64,000 nt of DNA, from NCBI GenBank assembly GCA_951406725.2, contig OX597825.1:72788001-72852000 (forward strand), in the 5' to 3' direction. The stretch's first letter is position 1. The number at the start of each line of letters is the position of its first letter. A program made the translations under genes and the position numbers. This document shows, one piece after another, positions 54,100 to 64,000 of the stretch. The notes beneath the pieces are model-generated. The model saw nothing but the letters and a program-made list of their open reading frames with translations, made no database searches and was not told where the DNA came from. This DNA comes from Octopus vulgaris (Eukaryota).

Positions 54100-54600
54100 T
54101 CTTCTTCTTCTTCTTCTTCCAATCAGGACTCATGCCATTAACCACAAAGAATAATCTCTAATTCGAGCCTACTCTAACCTACTAAGAATGCATGTGGCAA
54201 CTTGAAGATCCCCCCACCACACGCGATAGACTGGCGGTTGCACGGGCGCGAAAGCTACGTTGCTATCCTTATTCCGTAAATGGTGGCTTTTTTAATGGGT
54301 GGAGAGCTGAACCATCCTGGGGTGCAGAGGATTCGCATTCTAGACTAGGGTCTGAAAGTTTACCACACCATAGTGGGTTACACCATGGTTCCTCTGCTTT
54401 GTGGTAGAAGTAGGAAGAAAGAGTGAGAGAAAGTTGTGGTGAAAGAGTACAGCGGGGTTCACAACTACCCTCCGCTGGAGCCTCGTAGAGCTCAGGTGTA
54501 TTTGCTCAATAAACACTCACAATGCCTGGTCTGGGAATTGAAACCGCGTTCTTAAGACCATGAGTCCGCTGCCCTAACCACTGGGCCATTGCGCCTCCAC
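54100..54600 (-). mobile_element. SINE with a family E head but a different 3' module ending in (GAA)n
   Basis: 54410-54600 matches family E. 54120-54410 is unrelated to the E tail and abuts (CTT)n. Confidence 0.6.
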
Positions 54601-55747
54601 TGTTGTTGTTGTTGGTGGTGGTGGTGATGGTGGTGCCAGTGGTAGTGATGATGGTTTTAGTGATGGTCATGGTCATAGTGATGATTTATGATGGTGATGG
54701 TGGTGATGGTGATGACAATGATGTGATTGATGATGGTGACGATGGTAATAACAGTGATGATGATGGTTAGTATTGATGGTGATGATGATAATGATGATAT
54801 TGATGATGATGATGAGATGAAATGTAATTACATTTTGCCATATAATTAAAATAAAATTTTCTTTCCTGCAGCTTTATTAGATTTCACTTAATCTAGTTAG
54901 TGTAGGCGGGGGGTAGGGTGGGTGGTGAAGGATGTGTCAGGGGTTGGGATGATTCGACTCCCTTTAAAAGGAAGGTTTAGAATTCGGTACATTAGCATCG
55001 AAAGAACAGGTATTATGGCAAAGACTCACAAATGTGCAGGTGAAGGTTTCTAACATATGCACAATAAGCTCAAAGAGGGTAGTGTTTCGTCTTTTGTTGT
55101 TTGTTTCTTGTTTTATTTTTGTTTGGTTCCACTTGGCTTGACGCGTCTTCTCAAGCACGGCAGACCTTTGGTGATATGCCATGCTTGAGAAGACCTGTGA
55201 AGCCAAGTGAAATTGTAGTTGAGGCCAATGCTGGTGTTATGTCACTGGCACCCATGCTGGTGGCACATAAAAAGCACCCATTACACTCTTGGAGAGGTTG
55301 GCATTAGGAAGGGCTTCCAGCTATAGAAACTATGCCAAACCAGATTCGAACCTGGTGCAGCCCGACATCGTACCAGTTTCAGTCAAACCATCTAACCCGT
55401 GCCAACATGAAAAGCAGATGATAATGATGATTATGAAACAGTGGATCTTGAAGCAGATAAAGCTATAAATAATAGCTTGTAAATAATAGGTTAACAAAAA
55501 AAACTTTTCGATGGATAAAGTCAGATGGTAAGAATAAAGTTTCTAAAACAGATAGAGAAATTTGAAGGATTGTTTTGCTATAATGATAGAAAGACTGTCA
55601 TGTTTAGATGAGATGTAGGTTCAAGTCTCATATGCAGCATTCAACTTTTTCTATCCCAGCCTTGCATCTTAGAAGGAGCAGTCAAAACATCTAAAACCAT
55701 ATTTAAGAGCGATTTCGAAGGGAATGAAAAATAAAATCTTTTACCCT

Positions 55748-55816
55748 GCTATACCAAGGTTTCGAACTTTAATTAGCAAATAAAATAATTTGCTAGGTGA
55801 AGTTCTCATCAGTGGC
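55748..55816 (-). ncRNA. Type I hammerhead ribozyme with intact catalytic core
   Basis: Minus strand: GCCA-CTGATGA-GAACTT cacc TAGCAAAT tatttt ATTTGCTA atta AAGTTC-GAAA-CCTTGG-TA-TAGC. Confidence 0.75.
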
Positions 55817-55852
55817 TACACCAAAACAACATATTATTTAGAGACAGAATAC

Positions 55853-55902
<50 letters not shown>

Positions 55903-55985
55903 AACGTAAGTACATGTGGATCGTTGGCAATTATTTTTTGTTTTTCCTCTTTCTTCCTTTTCTCTTGGACTTTCCTCTGTCTCCT

Positions 55986-56020
55986 GTTTCTGAAGAAGAG
56001 CTTTGCTCGAAATGTAAAAC
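55986..56020 (+). ncRNA. Minimal type I hammerhead motif in a Penelope-like repeat (55910-56115)
   Basis: GTTT-CTGAAGA-A-GAGC TTT GCTC-GAAA-TG-TA-AAAC. Confidence 0.65.
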
Positions 56021-56117
56021 CACTTTTCTTTCCTTCCCTGAGCGTCTGCTAATACTTTGCATGTACCATGTCCTTGCGTTGTTGTTTTTTCTTCATTTTT
56101 GGGGGGATTAACTATAT

Positions 56118-56256
56118 ATCAAAATAAGCAACAAGGATATCCAGAGGTAATGCAGTACGATCGTTTCATGCAACTCCATTTAATTGAACAATGCATGGAG
56201 TTGCATGAAACGATCGTACTGCATTACCTCTGGATATCCTTGTTACTTATTTTGAT
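56118..56256. repeat. Near-perfect inverted repeat, 62-bp arms, 15-nt spacer
   Basis: 56118-56179 versus 56195-56256, with one mismatch. Confidence 0.95.
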
Positions 56257-56478
56257 TTTAATCACCTTACTTTGAAATTGTATGGATAATACCGTACTAA
56301 ATTCTAGTGCCTCAACCTAAGTACTATATTCATCTGAATCTATATATATATCAAATAAAATTAAGAACAGAACACAAAGGACATTTTATTTGGTATATTA
56401 TTCTCTCTCACCTCTGCCACTATCTGGCATATACAGGTGCTTACACTTATCAAGTATTCACCCTAGATTTACAGTACC

Positions 56479-56521
<43 letters not shown>

Positions 56522-56534
56522 GATTGGGCCATAT

Positions 56535-56927
56535 GGAGGCAAAGTGGCTGAGTTTCTTTTGAATGTTGGGCCTCACAGAGGCAATAATCAATACCTTTGG
56601 CATTATGTCATGCTTCAGAAGAAGATCCATTAAGCTGAGCAAAATTGCAGTTGTGGCAGATACTGGTGTCACGCAAATTGGCACTCGTGCCGGTAGCATG
56701 TAAACGTACCTCGGTGTCACACAAATGGCATCCGTGCCAGTGGCACATAAGAGTACCCATTACATTCTTGGGGTGATTGGCATTACAAAGGGCATCCAAC
56801 CGTAGAAACCCATGCCAAATCAGACTGGAGCCTGGTGCAGCCTTCCAGCATGCCAGCCCAGTGAAACCATCCAACCCATGCCAGCATGGACAACAGACTT
56901 TAAATGATGATAATGATGATGATGATG
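56535..56927 (+). mobile_element. Family C element, long variant
   Basis: Similar to 7957-8285, with a (GAT)n tail. Confidence 0.75.
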
Positions 56928-58293
56928 GGTTTCAGTACAGTTTCTGTCACTCTGTATAAAATTCACCTGCATATCACTGGTTGGCCTGGGGCTATAGTAA
57001 CAAACACTTTCCCAACGTGTCACACAGTGGGACTGAACCTGAAACCATTCTGTTGCAAAGCAAGCACCTTAACCACACGGCTATGTGGAATTTTGGAAAA
57101 AAATAAAGCGACAATTGCAAATTTAGCAAAGATTGTACATTTTTATTTATTACATAATATATTTATTAATTAAATATACATAATACAATTAAATTATTAA
57201 TATATATTAAGTTGTTAAAAGGTCAGTTTACATTTTAATTTCTTACTTTAATATTAATAATGCATTTTGTTTGGGGTTTTTTTTTTGCTTTTTTTTTTAC
57301 AATAAATGTAATTATATTTTTACAATGGGAAGAGACTCAATTCATAACAACCCACCCATTCAACCCACGACAGCATGGGAAGGAGACGTAGAATGATGGC
57401 AATGGTGATGATGATAACAGTGATAATGAGGATGATGGTGATGATGATGCAAACCCAGATGATGATGATGGTTATTGTAATATGATGATAATGATGATGA
57501 TGCTAGTTATTGTGATATGATGATGATGATGATGGTTATTGTGATGTGATGATGATTGTGATGGCGAAGATGATGATGATGAAGTTGACGATGGTGGTGG
57601 TGGTGGTGGTAATGATAATGATGAAGGTGATGTTGATACTCATAACTATGATGATGGTAATGATAATGAATAAATGTAATTACATTATTTTTCCATATAA
57701 TTAATAAAATTTTCCTTAATGCAGCTTTAATAGTTTTCATTTAATCTTAATGTTGCCTTGAAATTTCAAAAATAAAAAAAATAAAGAGACAAATCTGTCC
57801 ACACTAATGCAGGACTAAAATTTTTATTTTATCAACCTTGGAAGAATGAAAATAAAAATCGGGCTCTAACAGGGTTTGAACTCACAACACAAAGAGCCAA
57901 AACTATTTTGTCTGTCTTTACGGTCTGAGCTCAAATTCCACCAAGGTTGACTTTACCTGTCATCCTTTCAGGGTCAATAAAGTACCAGTTGCATACTGGA
58001 GTTGATCTAATCAGCTGTCCCCTTCTCCCAAAATTTTGGGCCTTATGCCTAGTGTAGGAAAAAATATTCTTGATGCTCAAGACAACGAGCCGGCAGACAC
58101 GTTAGCACGCCGGACCAAATGGTTAGCACTACTTCATCTGTCTTTACAATCTGACTTCAAATTCTGCCACGGTCGACTTTGCCTTTCATAATTTTGGGAT
58201 TGTTAAATTAAGTACCAGTTGTGTACTGGGGTCGATCTAACCCACTGGTCCCCTCCCCCAAAATTTCGGGCCTTGTGCCTAGAATAGAAAAGA

Positions 58294-58324
<31 letters not shown>

Positions 58325-58541
58325 ATAAATAAATGCACCCTTTTAAAGCCTAGCCAGGCTCATGGGCCCGGTTTCCCGGTTTCAATGGCGCATGTGTTCC
58401 CCAACTGGACAGGAAGCCAGTCCATCACAGCGTTACTCATTTTTGCCAGCTGAGTGGACTGGAGCATTGTGAAAGGAATCGAAACCACAATCTTACGATC
58501 ATGATGCTGACACCCTAACCACTAAGCCACGCACCTCCACA
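58325..58541 (-). mobile_element. SINE family G, internally deleted
   Basis: Matches 19956-20204. Confidence 0.8.
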
Positions 58542-58548
58542 CACACAC

Positions 58549-58629
<81 letters not shown>

Positions 58630-59434
58630 CATATAAGATACTTAATCTGTTGCTCTACTAATTCTGCCAATACCACATTTTCCCTCGTACAATTCGAATA
58701 TTTCTGACCCAAATTTACAGTTTAAAAATCTAGGTCAACTTTAGAGGCGGAAAAATTCCCTGTGAAATACAGCAAGATTTGGAAAAGATGATAATGATGT
58801 TTGAATGTTTGCAATGCATGTTTACACTACATGTTTACACTACATGATTACACTATATACAACATGTTTGCTGGAAAATTAATTAACGGCAGTTTTTTTA
58901 ATCTGAGATAGATGGTTCTGCAATTTCTTGTTTGCAATTTTCAGCACGAATATTTTGTTTATAGTGATCAAATGCTTGTGCTACACATAAGCTCGTTCCC
59001 TCCATCAAAATGACGCTACCTGTTACCTGTACAAGGTGCACAGTGCACTGTGCATGGCAGATGTTGATGTGGTTGCAGAGCAGTGTAAGAGTGGAGTGTC
59101 TTGCTCAAGAACAAAATGCAATACTCAGTCCAGCAATCACACCTTTGATCTTGTGATCATGAGTGCATGCAAAACCTGAAGCACAAGGCCATTTGCCCAG
59201 ACCATGCTGGAAAATGCAATAACCTCTATTAACGTAGACAGAAGAGCAGGGATTTTGAGGAAGCGATGGAGGGGGTTACTTCATGAAATCAATCCCAGTA
59301 TTTGATAAGCGGTTTATTTTGTCAACAACAGAAGGCCAAAAGGCAAAGTGGATCTCAACAGGATTTGAACCCAGAATATTAAGAGCCAGAAAAAATATCA
59401 CGAGACATTTTGTCTGACAATCTGCCAATCCACC

Positions 59435-60122
59435 ATTCTTTTATTCTTTTACTTGTTTCAGTCATTTGACCGTGGCTATGCTGGAGCAACACCTTAAAGG
59501 GTTTTAGTCGAACAAATCGACCTCAGGACTTATTCTTTGTAAGCCTATTTCTAATTCTAGTACTTGTAACCTAGTACTTATTTTAGTTGAACAAATCAAC
59601 CCCAGTACTTATCTTTTAAACGTCTGATACATACTATTGGTCTCTTTTGCAAAAAGTTACAGGGATGTAAACAAACCAACACCAGCTGTCAAGCAGTCAG
59701 ACAACAGACACAAACACATACATATATATATATATACACATGAGGTGGCAAGCTGGCAGAAACATTAGCACACCGGGCAAAATGCTTTGCGGTATTTTGT
59801 CTGTCTTTACGTTCTGACTTCAAATTCTGTCACAGTCAACTTTGCCTTACATCCTTCTGGGGTCAATAAATTAAGTACCAGTTGTGTATTGTGGTTGATC
59901 TAACCCACTGGCCCCTGCCCCCAAAATTTTGGGCCTTGTGCCTAGAGTAGAAAACAATATATGTGTGTGTGTGTGTATATATACACACACACAATGGGTT
60001 TCTTTCAGTTTCCATCAACCAAATCCACTATATCAGAAGACTTCTGACCCAGGTGTCATGCAATAGAACTGAACCTGAAACCATGTGGTTGGGAAGCAAG
60101 CTTATTACCACACAGCCATGTC
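59435..60122 (-). mobile_element. Old SINE A with a SINE B (59742-59958, +) inserted
   Basis: Family A tail and head flank a family B copy. Confidence 0.75.
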
Positions 60123-60980
60123 TATTGACATAAACTTTTAATGGAAGATTTTAATTTGGATCATTTTAAATCAGGAAGTTTATATCAGAGAACCCAATGG
60201 CAGCCTCAGGAGTGTTGGCATGAAAAAGGTTAAAACAATAAATTGCAATCTGTGCATGATATAGCTGCTATTTCTAGCATCTTGAACAACCGTGAAGAGG
60301 CACCCTCATTTGCTAACCCAGTTCTAAGTAGTTGCTTAACCTCAAGCTCTAATAGAGTAATTCCTGTCATGACCATCCTGTTTTTTCAGGGATATCCAAC
60401 AGAGTCCTTCTTAAAACAGTGGGATATGACTAAAGAGAAATTTGGCTGCTATTTCTCACAGATCAGTCAGAGTAGACCATAAAGTTAAAGTTATCTTCTT
60501 AAGTTATATCAATTCATAAGGGCCAGTTTCCTGGTTTCATGGTGTGTGTGTGTGTGTGTATGTGTGTATATATAGGGTAGGAGGGCTCCAAAAGGGGCCT
60601 CAGGGAGTAGCTACGTTCTGAGTTCAAATTCCGCCGAGGTTGACTTTGCCTTTCATCCTTTCAGGGTCGATTAAATAAGTACCAGTTACACACTGGGGGT
60701 CGATATAATCAATTTAATCCGTTTGTCTGTCCTTGTTTGTCCCCTCTGCGTTTAGCCCCTTGTGGGTAATAAAGAAGTAAGAACTGAACCCAAGACCTCA
60801 GGGTTGCAATGTGAGCTTCTTAACCACACAGCCATGCTTGTACCTATATTAAACGTTCAGCTCGCTACTTAACTAAAAGATCATTGTTTCTACACACTGA
60901 CTGCATTTGCAAGTGCATATACACTGCATGTATTTCAGTGCATACATACTTTGTATGTTCAATTAATACAAACACAGAAG

Positions 60981-61028
<48 letters not shown>

Positions 61029-61555
61029 AAGGGGTAGAAAGAGAGAAGAGTAAAAAGAGAGAGAAAGACAGAGAACACAGTTATGCCATTCATTTCTTTG
61101 AGGCTGTTTTGGGGTAGATTCTTCATAAAACAAAGTCACATGTTACCAAATTTCATAAAATCTCTATTGTTCTCTTACTAAATATTTTTATTTTGAAATA
61201 TTTTCATCCAGTCTGAACCTTAACCTTAAAAGATACGTTTTTTACTTTTTTGTTAATTATTTTTGTTTTTTTTTATATTTAAATGAATAAACCATCGTGT
61301 TAATTTTTTTTTCAAGTTTTTATTTATTTATGTATCTGAATAAAAATTTTTTTAAAAATAATAATTCTGTAATTGTGTGTGCATTTCAATGGGTACAGGA
61401 TTTATTTACATTAAATATATGCACACATATTTAAGATTCACAAGCATGTGAATTGTTATCTATTTGAGATTTTCTGCCAATTTTTTCAAACTCAGTTGAG
61501 AACCACTTAAACCTATATAACACTCTAGGTTATTGTAATGTAATGCACATATATT

Positions 61556-61940
61556 GTGGCTGTGTGGTAAGAAGCTTGCTTCCCAATCACATTGTTCTGG
61601 GTTCAGTCCCACAGCGTGGCACCTTGGGCAGGTGTCTTCTACTGTAGCTTCAGGCCAACTAAAAGCCTTGTGAGTGGATTTGGCAGACCACGTAAAAAGC
61701 ACCATCAGATCGTGGCCGTTTGCCAGCCTCGTCTGGCACCTGCGCAGGTGGCACATAAAAAGCACCCACTACACTCTCGGAGTGGTTGGCATTAGAAAGG
61801 GCGTCCAGCTGTAGAAACACTGCCAGATCAGACTGGGCCTGGCACAGCCTTCTGGCTTCCCAGACCCCAGTTGAACTGTCCAACCCATGCTAGCATGGAA
61901 AACAGACGTTAAAAGATGATGATGATGATGATGATGATGA
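61556..61940 (+). mobile_element. SINE A head fused to a family C body and tail
   Basis: Family A sequence runs to GGATTTGGCAGAC, then CACGTAAAAAGCACC...(GAT)n. Confidence 0.75.
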
Positions 61941-61959
61941 AAGTGAAAGAAGACCATTG

Positions 61960-62665
61960 TATTGGGTCATCTCATAAATAATGCAGGTTTTTTTATACAT
62001 CTGTTATTTTTCAAAATTAAGATAAACAAAGTTCTTTTTTAAATCTAAAATATACTCTCCTTCATTTTCTACAATGCTCTTCCATCTATCTGGTAGACTT
62101 GCAAAGGCCCTCTTCCAAAATTCACTTGCCAGTTATGAAAAATACTCCTCCAGTACTGTTCTGACCTTGTCTACAAAATTCATAATTTTTCCTTCAAAAT
62201 GATTTTGAAGACTGTGGAATAAATGATAATCAGATGGAGTAATGCCCAGTGAATATGATAGATGGGATATTGTTTCCCATTCAAACACCTCCAGCCTTTG
62301 AAATGTCATCCTCACTGTATGTGGCCAAGCATTATCCTAATGGAAGAACACCCTTTCATCTTGAAACCAAAGATGCTTATTTTTCTTCTGGCATTGACTT
62401 AAGCCACTCAAGCTGCTCACAGTAGATCTCCTTTCTTATCATTTAGTTTGGGTTTAAATGTTCAAAGTGGACTAAACCTTTCATGTTCCACCAAACAGAT
62501 AGCAACACCTTACTTAGGGGAAGGCCTGGGATGCTGGTGTTTCTCCTTTCCCTATCCGCTGTCTTCAGTGCTTGACATTTTTATAGAGAACCCATTTCTC
62601 ATCACCAGTCACCATTTGGTCCCCCAAAAAGGTTCATTTGTGAGGCATGACAGCAAAGAAGAGCA
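61960..62665 (-). mobile_element. Decayed mariner (DD34D) transposase catalytic region with right end
   Basis: VTGDEKWVLYKN, KVLLSVWWNMKGLVHFE, ISHLSYSLGITPSDYHLFHSLQNHF, LPDRWKSIVENEGEYI. Confidence 0.85.
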
Positions 62666-62667
62666 TA

Positions 62668-63366
62668 CATCATCATCATCATCTTTTAACGTCCTCTTTC
62701 CATGCTAGCATGGGTTGGACGGTTCAACTGGGGTCTGGGGAGCCCAAAGGCTGCACCAGGACAGTCAGATCTGGCAGTGTTTCTACAGCTGGATGCCCTT
62801 CCTAACGCCAACCACTCCGAGAGTGTAGTGGGTGATTTTATGTACCACCGACACAGGTGCCAGACGAGGCTGGCGAACGGCCACGCTCGGATGGTGTTTT
62901 TTATGTGCCACCAACACAGGTGCCAGACGAGGCTGGCAGAAGGCCACGCTCGGATGGTGTTTTTTATGTGCCACCGACACAGGTGCCAGATGAGGCTGGC
63001 AGAAGGCCACGCTCGGATGGTGTTTTTTATGTGCCACCGACACAGGTGCCAGACGAGGCTGGCGAATGGCCACGCTCGGATGGTGTTTTTTATGTGCCAC
63101 CAACACAGGTGCCAGACGAGGCTGGCAGAAGGCCACGCTCGGATGGTGTTTTTTATGTGCCACCGACACAGGTGCCAGACGAGGCTGGCAGAAGGCCACG
63201 CTCGGATGGTGTTTTTTATGTGCCACCGACACAGGTGCCAGACGAGGCTGGCGAACGGCCACGCTCGGATGGTGTTTTTTATGTGCCACCAACACAGGTG
63301 CCAGACGAGGCTGGCAGAAGGCCACGCTCGGATGGTGTTTTTTATGTGCCACCGACACAGGTGCCA
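62668..63366 (-). mobile_element. Family C element with an expanded 63-bp tandem array (8+ units)
   Basis: ACACAGGTGCCA recurs at 62851 + 63n up to 63355. Confidence 0.9.
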
Positions 63367-63685
63367 TACATTAATATTTTATTCTGGTGGACCCCTATAG
63401 TCATTCGATGCTTAAAATTGGTTTTATAGAAACTTCTTTCAAAATTCCTATTTTGCTTTCCACACATAAACTTGTGTGGCTTTAACTATGTAAAATGCTA
63501 GAGAAAGAAACCCAGCTGTTTCTTGCAATACATACCAATACATAAATCTAAAGCAACATTTTTTTCAGTGGCCCTTAAAATACAATTTACTATTTTATTG
63601 TGTGGATCCCTCCAAATCTTATATGGACCCTTAGGGGCCATATGGAGCCTGGATGAGAACTACTAATCTAGAGTAAGAACCCACT

Positions 63686-63920
63686 GTGAAGGTGTGTGGC
63701 TTACTGGTTCAGATATTCAGCTCACAGTCGTAAGGTCACAGGTTCAATACCTGGTGACACATTGCATCCTTGAGCAAGGCACTTTATTTCACGTTGCACT
63801 AGGCAACTCAGCTGGTAAAAATGAGTAATATCTATAATTCAAATGGCCAACCTTGTCACATTCTGTGTCATGCTCAATCTCTCTAAGAACTACGTTAACA
63901 GTACATGTGTCTGTGGAGTC
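63686..63920 (+). mobile_element. tRNA-derived SINE related to families F/G
   Basis: GTGGCTTACTGGTT...GGTTCAATACC...TTGAGCAAGGCACTTTATTTCAC. Confidence 0.65.
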
Positions 63921-64000
63921 CAGGGGCCTAACAGCTTTAGGGGTACAATGCTTAATATGTGTATTATTTGAAGATTTGGTTGCTATTTTTAGCAGTCAGA

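Noticed and set aside
62702-63429. 232-aa Cys/His repeat protein, or a CRISPR-like array
   Set aside because: These are contiguous 63-bp units without unique spacers, inside a retroelement, and no cas genes are present.

Overview
This is AT-rich, repeat-dominated eukaryotic non-coding DNA (intronic or intergenic). The SINE families look like those I associate with Octopus or other coleoid cephalopods; this is an inference from memory, not a database match. No intact protein-coding gene can be supported, and almost all listed ORFs are (TA)n/(CA)n/trinucleotide or SINE artefacts. The window holds six recurrent tRNA-headed SINE families (my labels A, B, D, E, F, G) and an RTE-tailed non-autonomous element (C). 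It also holds decayed RTE, CR1, Penelope, mariner and Helitron fragments, an intact non-autonomous Helitron, several MITEs, and many micro/minisatellites. The most interesting signals are: (1) hammerhead-ribozyme motifs in Penelope-like terminal repeats, one near-canonical at 55748-55816(-) and a family with a CUGUNGA variant core; (2) SINE-B multimers sharing one palindromic junction at three loci; (3) long fold-back palindromes, two centred on (TA)n; (4) higher-order tandem arrays; (5) a few weak exon candidates. Boundaries of degenerate repeats are approximate.
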